DNA of 42,948 nucleotides from NCBI GenBank assembly GCA_043782365.1, contig JAYWAO010000061.1:1-42948 (forward strand), written 5' to 3'. This stretch comes from Deltaproteobacteria bacterium. Its GTDB lineage: Bacteria; Myxococcota; Myxococcia; Myxococcales; 40CM-4-68-19. Of the stretch, positions 19,394 through 29,459 are shown piece by piece (position 1 is the first letter of the stretch; each line of letters opens with the position of its first letter). The position numbers and the translations under genes were made by a program. Below the pieces are notes generated by a model that did not search any database, was not told where the DNA came from, and saw only the letters and a list, made by a program, of their open reading frames with translations.

Positions 19394-20135
19394 GATCAGG
19401 CAGGCCACCAAGCGCTTCGGCGGCGTGCAGGCGCTGCGCGGCGTCGATCTGGTGGTGCCCGAGGGCCGCAGGCTGGCGCTGGTGGGCCCCAACGGCTCGG
19501 GCAAGTCCACCCTGGTGCGCGCGCTGCTCGGCCTCATCGACGTGGGCGGCGCGGTGCTGCTCGACGGCCACTCGCCCTACGAGTCGCGCATCGAGGTCGC
19601 CCGCAAGCTCGCCTATGTCCCCCAGGTGGCGCCCGCGTTGGGCGCGACGGTGCGCGAGGTGGTAGATTTGGTGACGCTGACCCGCGGCCTCGCGGTGACC
19701 GAGGTGGAGAAGGTGGCCCGCTCGCTCGACCTCTCGCTCGAGAGCGTCGCGCGGCAGCCCTTCCGCAACCTCTCGGGCGGGATGAAGCAGAAGCTGCTGC
19801 TGGCCATCGCCTTCGCAGCCAGGCCCCAGCTCCTGGTGATGGACGAGCCGACCGCCAGCCTCGACGCCCGCACGCGCGAGCGCTTCTTCGGGCTCTGCGA
19901 GGAGCTGGGCAGCGAGGTGACGCTCATCCTCTGCTCGCACCGGGTGGAGGAGCTGCAGAAGCTGGCGCAGCACGTGGTCGCGCTCGAGGAGGGGCGCGTG
20001 GTCTTCGACGGGCCCGCCGTCGGGTACCTCGAATCGGCGATCCAGCCGCCGACCGCGCCGTTGCCCGGGGCCGCCGCGGTGGACGCGCGCGGCCTGCTCA
20101 CCTTTGCGGGGGCGGCGCTGCCCTCGGGCGCCTAG
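19383..20135 (+). CDS. nosF: NosF ABC ATPase
   Basis: GPNGSGKS, LSGGMKQK, VMDEPT; overlaps nosD. Confidence 0.9.
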   Translation: MRIEIRQATKRFGGVQALRGVDLVVPEGRRLALVGPNGSGKSTLVRALLGLIDVGGAVLLDGHSPYESRIEVARKLAYVPQVAPALGATVREVVDLVTLTRGLAVTEVEKVARSLDLSLESVARQPFRNLSGGMKQKLLLAIAFAARPQLLVMDEPTASLDARTRERFFGLCEELGSEVTLILCSHRVEELQKLAQHVVALEEGRVVFDGPAVGYLESAIQPPTAPLPGAAAVDARGLLTFAGAALPSGA

Positions 20136-20144
20136 AGGCCGACC

Positions 20145-20630
20145 ATGGCGAACCCTGCCGTTCTCAGCGAAGTCCCCCGCGAGCGCCGCGGCGATTGGGG
20201 CCTCGCGGTGGGCCTCGCGCTCGGGCTCGCCGCGGCGGGCGCGTTCGTCCTCCTGCTCCTGCGGGCGCAAGCGCTCCCGACCGGCCCCGTCCCCGTGGCG
20301 TGGGACAAGGAGGCGTGCGCCCACTGCCGCATGCACGTGGGTGAGGCCCGCTTCGCCGCGCAGCTCCAGCTCGCCGACGGCCGCGTGCTGAACTTCGACG
20401 ACCCCGGCTGCCTCTTCTCGTTCCGCGCCAAGGACCAGTCGCCGGTCCACGCGACCTACTTCCACCACTACCGCCAGGACCGCTGGCTGACCCCGGCCGA
20501 GGCAGGCTTCGTCCCGGTGATGCCGACGCCGATGGGCTTCGGGCTCGCCGCGGTCGACGCCGCCACCCCGGACGCGCTGTCCGAAGACCAGGCAGCAGCG
20601 CGCGTGCGCGCGAAAGAGGGCCCCCGATGA
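20145..20630 (+). CDS. nosL: NosL copper chaperone, anchored by an N-terminal TM
   Basis: CAHCRM, FDDPGC and TPMG motifs. Confidence 0.88.
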   Translation: MANPAVLSEVPRERRGDWGLAVGLALGLAAAGAFVLLLLRAQALPTGPVPVAWDKEACAHCRMHVGEARFAAQLQLADGRVLNFDDPGCLFSFRAKDQSPVHATYFHHYRQDRWLTPAEAGFVPVMPTPMGFGLAAVDAATPDALSEDQAAARVRAKEGPR

Positions 20631-21478
20631 CGCCCCTCAACCCCACGGCCCGCGAGCTCTTCGCGGTGGCGCGGCTCGACTTCGCCGACGTGCGCCGCTC
20701 GCGCTGGATGGTCTTCTGCGGCGCGCTCTATGCCCTGCTCGGGGGCGCCTTCGTCTTCGTCGGCATGCGCGAGTCGAGCGTGCTCGGCTTCTCCGGCATG
20801 GGCCGCGCGCTGATGTCGATGATCCACGCGCTCATCCTGGTGCTGCCGCTCCTGGCGCTCACCGCCACCGGGCAGGTGATCAACCGCTCCCGCGACGACG
20901 GCACCCTGGAGCTGCTCTTCAGCCACCCCGTGCGCCGCGGGGTCTACTTCACGGCGGTGACCCTGACGCGCTACGCGGTGCTCACCGTCCCGTTGCTCGC
21001 GCTGCTGCTCGGCATGGCGCTGCTCGGCAAGGTGGTCTTCCGCGACGACGTCAACTGGGCCTTCCTCGCGCAGTCGCTCCTCATCAGCTGCTCGCTGCTC
21101 GCCGCCTATGTGGGCATCGGCGTCGCCGTCTCCACCCTGGTGCGCAGCCAGGCCCGCGCGGTGATCTGGCTGCTCTTCCTCTGGGCGCTCGGCGCCGCCC
21201 TGCTCGACTTCGGCCTCGTCGCGCTGCTCTTGCGCTTCCGCGTCAACGCGCAGACGGTCTTCCTGCTCGCCTCGCTCAACCCCGTGCAGGCGGCCCGCAT
21301 GGCGCTCCTGGCCGGGGCTTCGCACGAGCTCTCGGTGCTCGGCCCGGTCGGCTTCTATCTCTCCAACCAGGTGGGCGCCGCCGGGCTCTTCGCGCTCGGC
21401 GTCGTCTGGCCCGCCGTGGTGGGCCTCGGGGCCTTCTTGCTCGCGCTGCGCAGCTTCCGCCGCTCCGACATCGTCTGA
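20627..21478 (+). CDS. nosY: NosY ABC permease
   Basis: About 6 TMs, RDDGTLELLFSHPVRR, LNPV; ATGA coupling to nosL. Confidence 0.9.
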   Translation: MTPLNPTARELFAVARLDFADVRRSRWMVFCGALYALLGGAFVFVGMRESSVLGFSGMGRALMSMIHALILVLPLLALTATGQVINRSRDDGTLELLFSHPVRRGVYFTAVTLTRYAVLTVPLLALLLGMALLGKVVFRDDVNWAFLAQSLLISCSLLAAYVGIGVAVSTLVRSQARAVIWLLFLWALGAALLDFGLVALLLRFRVNAQTVFLLASLNPVQAARMALLAGASHELSVLGPVGFYLSNQVGAAGLFALGVVWPAVVGLGAFLLALRSFRRSDIV

Positions 21479-21529
21479 GGCAGCGTCTTTCCGAAGCACG
21501 CCGTTCCAAGCGCCACCGCGGAGCACGCC

Positions 21530-22177
21530 ATGCAACTGATGATGAACAAGTTCTACGAGTTCCTCAACCGGCCCCTCTTCATGCGCGCGCGCTTCGCGCT
21601 CGCCGTGCTGGTGGTGCCGCTGGCGCTCTCGTTCACCGCGCCGCTCTGGCGCATCTCGATGACGGCCCCGCAGTACCTCAAGGGCCTGACCATGGACGTC
21701 TACGCCTACAAGCTCGAGGGCGGAAACGACGGCCAGCACATCACCGAGATCAACACGCTCAACCACTACATCGGCATGCACCACCTCGACCGGACGGCGG
21801 CCGCCGACCTCGACTGGATCCCCTTCGCCCTCGGCGCGCTGGCGGTGATGGCCCTGCGGGTGGCCGCGGTGGGCGCGGTCAAGGACCTCGTCGACCTGGT
21901 GGTGATGACCGGCTACGTGTCGGCCTTTGCGTTCGGCCGCTTCGTCTATCGGCTCTATGTCTTCGGCCACGACCTCGCGCCCGACGCGCCGGTCAAGGTG
22001 AAGCCGTTCATGCCGGTGGTGCTGGGACACAAGACGGTGGCCAACTTCGAGACCTACTCGTATCCGCAGGCGGGCAGCTACTACCTGGGCGCCTTCGTCA
22101 CCGGCGTGGTCGTGCTGCTCCTCTGGCACCTGGTGGTGGGGCGGCGGCAGGCGGTGAAGAGCCGGCCTGCGGCCTGA
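21530..22177 (+). CDS. nosB: NosB-like clade II nos membrane protein
   Basis: PLWRISMTAPQY and INTLNHYIGM motifs, 4 TMs. Confidence 0.8.
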   Translation: MQLMMNKFYEFLNRPLFMRARFALAVLVVPLALSFTAPLWRISMTAPQYLKGLTMDVYAYKLEGGNDGQHITEINTLNHYIGMHHLDRTAAADLDWIPFALGALAVMALRVAAVGAVKDLVDLVVMTGYVSAFAFGRFVYRLYVFGHDLAPDAPVKVKPFMPVVLGHKTVANFETYSYPQAGSYYLGAFVTGVVVLLLWHLVVGRRQAVKSRPAA

Positions 22178-22202
22178 GCCCCGGGCGGCAGCTGCGGCTC
22201 TG

Positions 22203-22661
22203 CTAGAGCGCCGCGGCGCACGGGGCCGCAGCGGCGCCCGGCTCCTGCACGGTGCAGGTGACCTTTGCCTGCGCCGATCCGCAGAGCTGCACGATCTTCG
22301 TCACCACCGCGACCATCCGCAGCTCCAGCTCGGGCTGGATGTCCTTGTCCTTGCGCCCGCCCGGCCAGGTGGCGGTGACCTTGATCGCGGACGCCTTCTC
22401 GCCTTTGTCGAACCGCACTCCAAAGGTGCCGCCCGTCATTACCGCGGAGTGGAGGTATTGCGGGCCGATCACCCAGCGCCGCTCGGTCTCCACCTTCTTC
22501 GCCGACATCCCGAGCTCCTTGACCGAGTGGTCGAGGCACGAGTCCATCGCGGCGGGCACCTCGGCGCTGGCCGAGAGCGTGGTCGCCGGTGCGTCGGCAG
22601 CGGCCGCCGCTTGGGTGAGGAGGGCTGCTGCGAGGAGGGACGCGCGAAGGGGGTTTGCCAT
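22203..22661 (-). CDS. Secreted hypothetical protein with 4 Cys
   Basis: Signal peptide MANPLRASLLAAALLTQAAAA; GC3-rich codon usage. Confidence 0.65.
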   Translation of the reverse strand: MANPLRASLLAAALLTQAAAAADAPATTLSASAEVPAAMDSCLDHSVKELGMSAKKVETERRWVIGPQYLHSAVMTGGTFGVRFDKGEKASAIKVTATWPGGRKDKDIQPELELRMVAVVTKIVQLCGSAQAKVTCTVQEPGAAAAPCAAAL

Positions 22662-22766
22662 TGGGCGGAGCACAGCAATTGTCGCGCCGGATTGGCTGGC
22701 TGGTCGGACGACCCTGCGGGCCAGCCGCGCCCACGAGCGGAGGCGGAGCCGCGGGGTTTGGGGGCT

Positions 22767-22790
22767 GCTCCAGCCGTTCCAGAATGGCAC
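22767..22790 (+). promoter_or_regulatory. Tripartite upstream activator site, copy 2 (cytochrome c)
   Basis: GCTCCA-GCC-GTTCCA-GAA-TGGCAC, ending 55 bp upstream of a GG-N10-GC promoter. Confidence 0.65.
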
Positions 22791-22845
22791 AGCGGATTGA
22801 GCCTCGCCGGTCGGCCTGGCCTGTCGTCAGAAAGAGCCAACACGG

Positions 22846-22861
22846 TGGCTTGCAGCGTGCA
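22846..22861 (+). promoter_or_regulatory. Sigma54 -24/-12 promoter of the cytochrome c gene
   Basis: TGGCTTG-CAGC-GTGCA with correct GG-N10-GC spacing; ends 30 bp before the ATG. Confidence 0.55.
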
Positions 22862-22890
22862 TTCCGCCTAAGCTCACTCTTCGAGGTCCT

Positions 22891-23274
22891 ATGCGCATCG
22901 CCACCGTCCTCCCCGCAGCCTTTGGCCTCCTGGTCGCCCTCTCCGGCTGCAAGGCCGCCGACCCGTTCGCCAACATCACCCCCGCTGCGCGCGGCGAGGC
23001 CACCACCATCTTCGCCACTCGCTGCACGCCCTGTCACGGCGCGGGCGGCCGCGGCGACGGCCCCGCCTCCGCCGGCCTCACCCCCAAGCCGCGCAACTTC
23101 ACCGACCCGAAGTGGCAGGGTGGCGTGACCGACGAGCACCTCGAGAAGATCATCCAGTACGGCGGCAGCGCCGTTGGCAAGAGCCCGGCGATGCCGTCCA
23201 ACCCGGATCTCATGAGCAAGCCCGAGGTGGTCAGCGCGCTGCGGGCCCACGTGCGCAGCCTCAAGCAGGAGTAG
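22891..23274 (+). CDS. Monoheme c-type cytochrome lipoprotein
   Basis: Lipobox LSGC, CTPCH heme motif, PKPRNFTD, distal Met in AMP. Confidence 0.92.
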   Translation: MRIATVLPAAFGLLVALSGCKAADPFANITPAARGEATTIFATRCTPCHGAGGRGDGPASAGLTPKPRNFTDPKWQGGVTDEHLEKIIQYGGSAVGKSPAMPSNPDLMSKPEVVSALRAHVRSLKQE

Positions 23275-23931
23275 TCAGCACCGAGGGTGCAGCACGTTGA
23301 GCTCGAGGTGCGCGTGCCGCACCAGGTCCTGGTCCAGCGCGGCCAGCTCCGCGTAGAGCGAGCGCTGGCTCCGGCAGGCGTCGGCCGGCGGCGAGTAATA
23401 CTCGGCCACCGGCCGCAGCCGCCCCAGGAGCTGCACCACCTGCTCATGGTCCTTGCGCGAGGCCGCGAGCAGCTGCGCCAGCCCGGGAGCGGACTCGCCC
23501 GACTGGAGCAGTGGAAAGAGGTGCGCCTCCTCCCGCTCCAGCTGCGCGGTGACGAGCCGCGAGAGCAGCGTCACCCCCGAGGCCAGCTCGATCAAGTGCC
23601 GATGACCGTGCACCTCGGCCACCTTGGCGGAGAGGTCCACCACCACCCGCAGCGCGCTCCTCGCGTAGGCGTGGTGACGCGCCTGCAGCTCGACGAGCAG
23701 GTCTGGCGTCGGGAGGTCGCGCGCGTCGAGGACCATCGGGTCGGGACCGAGCGCGGCCGCCGCGGCGAGGGCGGCCTGGGCCTGGGCGAGCGGAACTCCG
23801 CGCGCAGCGCAGGCCGCCTCGAGCGACGACGCCCCTGCGCAGGCGTAGTCGAGCCCGAGCGCGCGCAGGGCCTCCTCGCACTCCGGGTGTTCGAGGGCGA
23901 GGGCGGCGAGCGCTTGGTCGGGTGCGAACAT
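23275..23931 (-). CDS. RIC/ScdA/YtfE-like protein (ScdA_N plus hemerythrin domain), divergent
   Basis: GLDYACAG-SLEAAC N-domain; HHAY, KVAEVHG, QLEREE..LFP, DHE, PPADAC, HAHLE. Confidence 0.85.
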   Translation of the reverse strand: MFAPDQALAALALEHPECEEALRALGLDYACAGASSLEAACAARGVPLAQAQAALAAAAALGPDPMVLDARDLPTPDLLVELQARHHAYARSALRVVVDLSAKVAEVHGHRHLIELASGVTLLSRLVTAQLEREEAHLFPLLQSGESAPGLAQLLAASRKDHEQVVQLLGRLRPVAEYYSPPADACRSQRSLYAELAALDQDLVRHAHLELNVLHPRC

Positions 23932-23970
23932 GGGCGGCCTCAGCGGCTGGCGGAGAGAGCAGAACCATAG

Positions 23971-23986
23971 AGCAGCCGCCGTGCCA
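23971..23986 (-). promoter_or_regulatory. Sigma54 -24/-12 promoter of the RIC-like gene
   Basis: Minus strand TGGCACG-GCGG-CTGCT, near-perfect consensus; ends 40 bp before ATG 23931. Confidence 0.8.
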
Positions 23987-24034
23987 GCCACGAGCGAAGA
24001 GGGGCTGGACAGCGCGAGGCCAAAGTGTTCAACC

Positions 24035-25087
<1,053 letters not shown>

Positions 25088-25105
25088 CGCGACCGGAGTC
25101 CGGCG

Positions 25106-27115
25106 CTACCCGTCGATCCACCGCTGCCAGGCGCGGAAGTCGGTCTCGCGGCCGAGGAACTCCTTCACCAGCGCGGCGGCGGGCCTGCTCCCGCCAGGCT
25201 CGAGGATGGCGCGGCGGTAGCGGCGCGCGGGCCCCTCGGCGAGCAGGTCGCCGCCGAAGCCGGTGAGCAGGTCCTTGGCGATGACGAGGCTCCACATATA
25301 CGTGTAATAGATCGCCGAATATCCCTCCAGGTGCCCGAACGACTCCTGGAAGTAGGTCCCGGGCACGTATTGGAACGGCGTATAGCGGCCCTGCAGCGCG
25401 GCGGTCAGCGCCGTGGTGTCGAGCCCGTCCGGGTCGCGGTCGTGGAGGGCGAGCGAGAGCGCCGCGTAGAACATCTGCTGCCTGACCCCGAGCCCCTTGC
25501 CGAACTCGGCGGCTGCTCGCAGCTTCCGCGCCAGCTCCGCGGGGAGCGCCTCGCCGGTGGAGTGGTGGCGCGCGAAGGTCGCCAGGACGTCGGGGTCCCA
25601 GCACCACTCCTCCAAGAGCTGCGAGGGGGCCTCGACGAAGTCCCACTCGGTGCGCACGCCCGAGAGCCCGGCCCAGCGCGCGCGGCCGCCGAGCAGGTGG
25701 TGCAGGAGGTGGCCGAACTCGTGGAAGAAGGTCACCACCTCGGAGTGCTCGAGCAGCGCGGGGCCTCCAGAGGCGGTGACCGGGCCGGGGAAGTTGCAGA
25801 TCAGCGCCGCCTCCGGAAGCCGCGCGCCGGCCTTGCCGGAGGCGAGCGTGAACTGCGCCGCGTGCTTGTACTTCCCCTCGCGCGGGTGGAGATCGAGGTA
25901 GAAGCGGCCGACGCGCTCGCCCGCTTCGAAGACGTCGAAGCAGGTGACCTGGGGATGCCAGACAGGCGCGTCCTCAATCTTCCGGTAATCGATGCCGAAC
26001 AGCCGGGAGGTGAGGCCGAGCAGCCCCTCCTGCACGCGGCCGAACTCGAACCAGGGGCGCACCGACTGCGCGTCGAACCCGTGGGTGCGCCGCCGCACGC
26101 GCTCCTTGAGCAGCTCCGCGTCCCACGGCTTCAGCGGGCCCGCGTCGGCAACGCCGCCGAAGGCTTCGTCGCCGCGCGCCAGCGCAGCGTCGCGCTCGGC
26201 CACCAGCGCGGCCTGGTCGCGTGCGGCCCGGTTCGCGGCGGCCTCGGCGATCTTCTCGATGAAGGCCTGCGCCGCCTCGGCGCTGCCGATCATCTTGTCC
26301 TCGGTGACGTGCGCCGCCCAGCTGCGGTGGCCGAGCAGCCCCGCCAGCTGGTGGCGGCAGGAGAGCAGCCTTCCGAGCACCTCGAGGTTCTTCGGGTGGG
26401 CGCGCTGCCGGTACACCCGCCAGAGCGCCTCGCGGGCGGGGCGCGACTCGCTGTAGGTGATGAAGGGGACGTAGTCGGGCGTGTCGGTGCTGATCCGGAC
26501 CAGGCCGTCCGCTCCGGGCGGGTGGGCGCGCCGGTAGTCCTCGGGCAGCCCGGCGAGCTCCGCGGGCGCGACCCGCACGTGGCGCACGTCCTCGCGGATG
26601 TTGCGGCTGAACTCCTGCCCGATGCGGACCAGCTCCTCGGAGAGCGCCTGGATGCGCGCCCGGGAGGGCTCGTCGCGGTCGACCCCGCCGCGCCGGAAGT
26701 CGCGCAGGGTGCGGGTGAGGTAGTGGCGCGAGGCCGCGTCGAGCGGGAGCGGGCCGGCCGCCTGGTCGGCACGCAGGAGCACGTCGTAGATGGCGCGGTC
26801 GAGCGAGAGCGCGGTGGCGAGGGCGTCGAGCGCCTGCTCGCACTCCTCGGCGGCAGAGCGCATCGCCCGGTCTGGGTGGGCGTTGCGGGCCACGCTCGCC
26901 TGCGCGCTGGCGTCGCCGAGGGAGGCGGTGGCCTCGTCCCAGAGCGAGAGGGCCTGCTCGGCGGTGGCCCCTTGCGGCAGCGCCTCGAGCCGCGCGGCCG
27001 CCCCGCGGGCCCGCTCCATCGCCTCCTGCGCGGCCGCGGTGAACCGGGCCGGTGTGGCGGTGAGCAGCCGGGCCGCCTCGGGCGCTGGCGCCCCCGAGAA
27101 GTGAAGGCCTTTCAC
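25106..27115 (-). CDS. M3 family Zn oligopeptidase (thimet oligopeptidase-like)
   Basis: HEFGH, DFVEAPSQ, YLDLHPREGK, FGHLEGYSAIYYTY; GTG start overlaps the TrkA stop. Confidence 0.93.
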   Translation of the reverse strand: MKGLHFSGAPAPEAARLLTATPARFTAAAQEAMERARGAAARLEALPQGATAEQALSLWDEATASLGDASAQASVARNAHPDRAMRSAAEECEQALDALATALSLDRAIYDVLLRADQAAGPLPLDAASRHYLTRTLRDFRRGGVDRDEPSRARIQALSEELVRIGQEFSRNIREDVRHVRVAPAELAGLPEDYRRAHPPGADGLVRISTDTPDYVPFITYSESRPAREALWRVYRQRAHPKNLEVLGRLLSCRHQLAGLLGHRSWAAHVTEDKMIGSAEAAQAFIEKIAEAAANRAARDQAALVAERDAALARGDEAFGGVADAGPLKPWDAELLKERVRRRTHGFDAQSVRPWFEFGRVQEGLLGLTSRLFGIDYRKIEDAPVWHPQVTCFDVFEAGERVGRFYLDLHPREGKYKHAAQFTLASGKAGARLPEAALICNFPGPVTASGGPALLEHSEVVTFFHEFGHLLHHLLGGRARWAGLSGVRTEWDFVEAPSQLLEEWCWDPDVLATFARHHSTGEALPAELARKLRAAAEFGKGLGVRQQMFYAALSLALHDRDPDGLDTTALTAALQGRYTPFQYVPGTYFQESFGHLEGYSAIYYTYMWSLVIAKDLLTGFGGDLLAEGPARRYRRAILEPGGSRPAAALVKEFLGRETDFRAWQRWIDG

Positions 27116-28227
27116 TTCTTGCCTCCGCGCAGGCTGATCGGCAGCAGCGTCCTGGAGATGTTGCCGCCGAGGCCGGGCTTTCCCCCGAGCTTCTCCTGGA
27201 ACACCTGCCAGGCCTCCAGCGTCGCCTGCACGGTGACGCGGTCTCCGGCGGCGAGCGGCTCGCGGTCGTCGGGCTCGAAGATCGAGGCGCCGCCCACCCG
27301 GACGAGGTGCAGCACCGTCAGCCGCTCGCTGGCGTGCAGTTCGCCCACGGTGCGTCCGGCGAGCGCCGCGCCAGCCGGCCACTCGGCGATCACCATCAGC
27401 CGGCCGCCGACCTCGAACGAGTTCTGGATGCGCGCGTCGAGCGCGGCGACGGCGAGGGCGGGCGCGGCGAGGGCCGAGGTGGAGAACGCCTCGACCTCGA
27501 ACGCCTCGCGGGTCTTCTGCACCAGGTCGTCGTCGAACAGCCGCATCACCACCCGGATGCCGGGCTTGAGGCGCCGGGCGTCGAGGGCGATGTTGAGGTT
27601 GGCGAGGTCGTCGTCGGTGGCGCAGACGATGGCGCGGGCCCTGGCGAGGTTGCACTGCTCGAGGGCGCGGCTGGAGCGGACGTCTTCGATCAACACCGGC
27701 ACGCCCGCGTCGCGGATGGCGGTGACGAACGGCGCGTCGGCCTTGCGCTCGATGACCACCATCGGGACGCCCAGCTTCTGGAACTGCTCGAACAGGCGGA
27801 ACCCGACGCGGCCGGCGCCGCAGACGATGACGTGATCTTCGAGGGTCTGGGCGAGCACGATGAACCACTCCTTGTCCTCGCGCTGGCGCGCGAAGAGCAA
27901 CAGCGCGAACTGCACGAGGCCTTGCGCGACGGTGACGATGCCGAGCGGCGGGATGATCGCGTAGACGGCCTCCAGCAGCCCGTTGTCCGGCAGCGTCGCG
28001 ACCTGGGCGAAGAGCAGGAAGTAGGCGGTCAGCAGCGCGTTGTCGTAGCCGATCGGGCTGCCGGCCCGCCGCTGCAGCCACCAGATCAGCGTGCCGCCGC
28101 CCGCCACCAGCAGCAAGAGCATGGCGAAGGTCCCGCGGAAGCGGTGCAGCAGGGCGCGCAGGTAGAGCGCCTGGGCGTGGAGGCTGCGGGGGCGCCGGCT
28201 GCGCGCGCGGGAGGACGGGAACGCCAC
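27112..28227 (-). CDS. Potassium channel family protein with TrkA-N/TrkA-C (RCK) domains
   Basis: N-terminal TMs, HVIVCGAGRVG Rossmann motif, TDDDLANL, C-terminal TrkA-C. Confidence 0.88.
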   Translation of the reverse strand: MAFPSSRARSRRPRSLHAQALYLRALLHRFRGTFAMLLLLVAGGGTLIWWLQRRAGSPIGYDNALLTAYFLLFAQVATLPDNGLLEAVYAIIPPLGIVTVAQGLVQFALLLFARQREDKEWFIVLAQTLEDHVIVCGAGRVGFRLFEQFQKLGVPMVVIERKADAPFVTAIRDAGVPVLIEDVRSSRALEQCNLARARAIVCATDDDLANLNIALDARRLKPGIRVVMRLFDDDLVQKTREAFEVEAFSTSALAAPALAVAALDARIQNSFEVGGRLMVIAEWPAGAALAGRTVGELHASERLTVLHLVRVGGASIFEPDDREPLAAGDRVTVQATLEAWQVFQEKLGGKPGLGGNISRTLLPISLRGGKK

Positions 28228-28331
28228 GGGGGGTCGGTAGCACGGAGGGGGCGATGCGGGAAGGAGCGTCCCAGCCCCTCGAGACGCGCGCCGTCCGTGG
28301 CCTTCACTGCGCTCCTGGGAGACGAAACCTT

Positions 28332-29459
28332 CTACCTCCGCGAGAGGCGCGCGAGCCTGAGGCCCTCGGCGAGCCCCGGCCCGTCGGGCAGCAGGCGGGG
28401 CGCCTCCGCGAGGGCGAGGCGGGCGAGCGCGAGCGTCTCGGCGGCGCGGGCCACCTCGTCCTCGGCGGCGCGGAGCGTGCGCAGCCGGGCCTCCTGCGCA
28501 GCTTCGCTCCTGGTGCCGCGCAGCGCCTCCCGCGCCCGCGCCAGCTCCGCGGGGGAGGGCGAGAGCCCGGCGGCGCGCGCCAGCCCCGCCAAGAGCAGGG
28601 TCCGCAGGCCCTCCTCGGCCAGCGCCTGCTCGCCAGGCGAGTCCGGCGCCGCGGCGCCCACCGCGAGCAAGCGCCGGTGCCGCACCAGCGCGGAGGAGGG
28701 CTGCGGCCTGGGCCGCGCCGGTGGCCGCGCGCCCGTGCCCTGCGCCGCGAGCGCGGCCTCCCGCAGGCAGCGGCGCGCGTCGTCGGCTTTGAGGTCGGGG
28801 AGGCCGCGCCTCGCGAAGGCCTCCCAGGTCTCGCGGGCGGCGGACGCCAGCTTCGCCGACCCGAGCACCGCCTCCCAGTTGCGCTCCTGGTAGTGGAGCG
28901 CGCGGGCCGCCTTCAGGCAGCGGCCGTGCGCGGCCCGGCTGAGCGCGCCCGCGTCCAGCGCGGCCCGGAGCGCGTGCTCGGCGTTGACCAGGGGGACGGT
29001 GAGGGGCGCGAAGCCCTGCTCCGCGGGGGCGTGCAGGAGGGCGACGGCGGCGTCGTCGTTGGACCCGGGGGCGCGCACGGTGGAGTGGGCGGTGGCGCCC
29101 GCCCTGCCACGCGCCCGCGCCGCGTACCGCTGGAAGATCGCCCCCACGCCGATCATCCCCCGCCCTTGCAGCTCCGCGGCCCGCAGCGCGCCCATGCTGG
29201 CCGCGCCGAAGACGAGCACGCCCGCGTCGAGCGCGTCGAGCAGCTCGTGGTGCCAGACGCTGGGGGCCGATTCGAAGAGGCCGTCGATGAGCACGAGCGC
29301 GCGCGGCCGCTCCCCGAGCGCGCGCCAGACGTCGCCTTGCCGCGCGGGGCCCCAGACCGCGGCGCGGAGGCGCGGCGCAGCTTGGTGTAATACCTGCTCG
29401 GCGGCGAGGCGCGGGAGCGAAGGGCCGAGGAAGGCGATCAGCGCGGGCCCGGGCTTCAC
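28332..29459 (-). CDS. tfuA: TfuA-like protein
   Basis: FLGPSL, LIDGLF..PSVWHHE, GAASMGALRAAEL, GMIGVG, PLVN, DLKADDA; coupled to YcaO. Confidence 0.9.
   Translation of the reverse strand: MKPGPALIAFLGPSLPRLAAEQVLHQAAPRLRAAVWGPARQGDVWRALGERPRALVLIDGLFESAPSVWHHELLDALDAGVLVFGAASMGALRAAELQGRGMIGVGAIFQRYAARARGRAGATAHSTVRAPGSNDDAAVALLHAPAEQGFAPLTVPLVNAEHALRAALDAGALSRAAHGRCLKAARALHYQERNWEAVLGSAKLASAARETWEAFARRGLPDLKADDARRCLREAALAAQGTGARPPARPRPQPSSALVRHRRLLAVGAAAPDSPGEQALAEEGLRTLLLAGLARAAGLSPSPAELARAREALRGTRSEAAQEARLRTLRAAEDEVARAAETLALARLALAEAPRLLPDGPGLAEGLRLARLSRR

Noticed and set aside
21503-21508. Single GTTCCA before nosB as a fourth enhancer
   Set aside because: Only one half-site, with no 9-bp-spaced partners and no GG-N10-GC promoter downstream.
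22785-22801. TGGCACAG as a sigma54 -24 element
   Set aside because: No GC at the -12 position. It is better explained as the third half-site of the enhancer.
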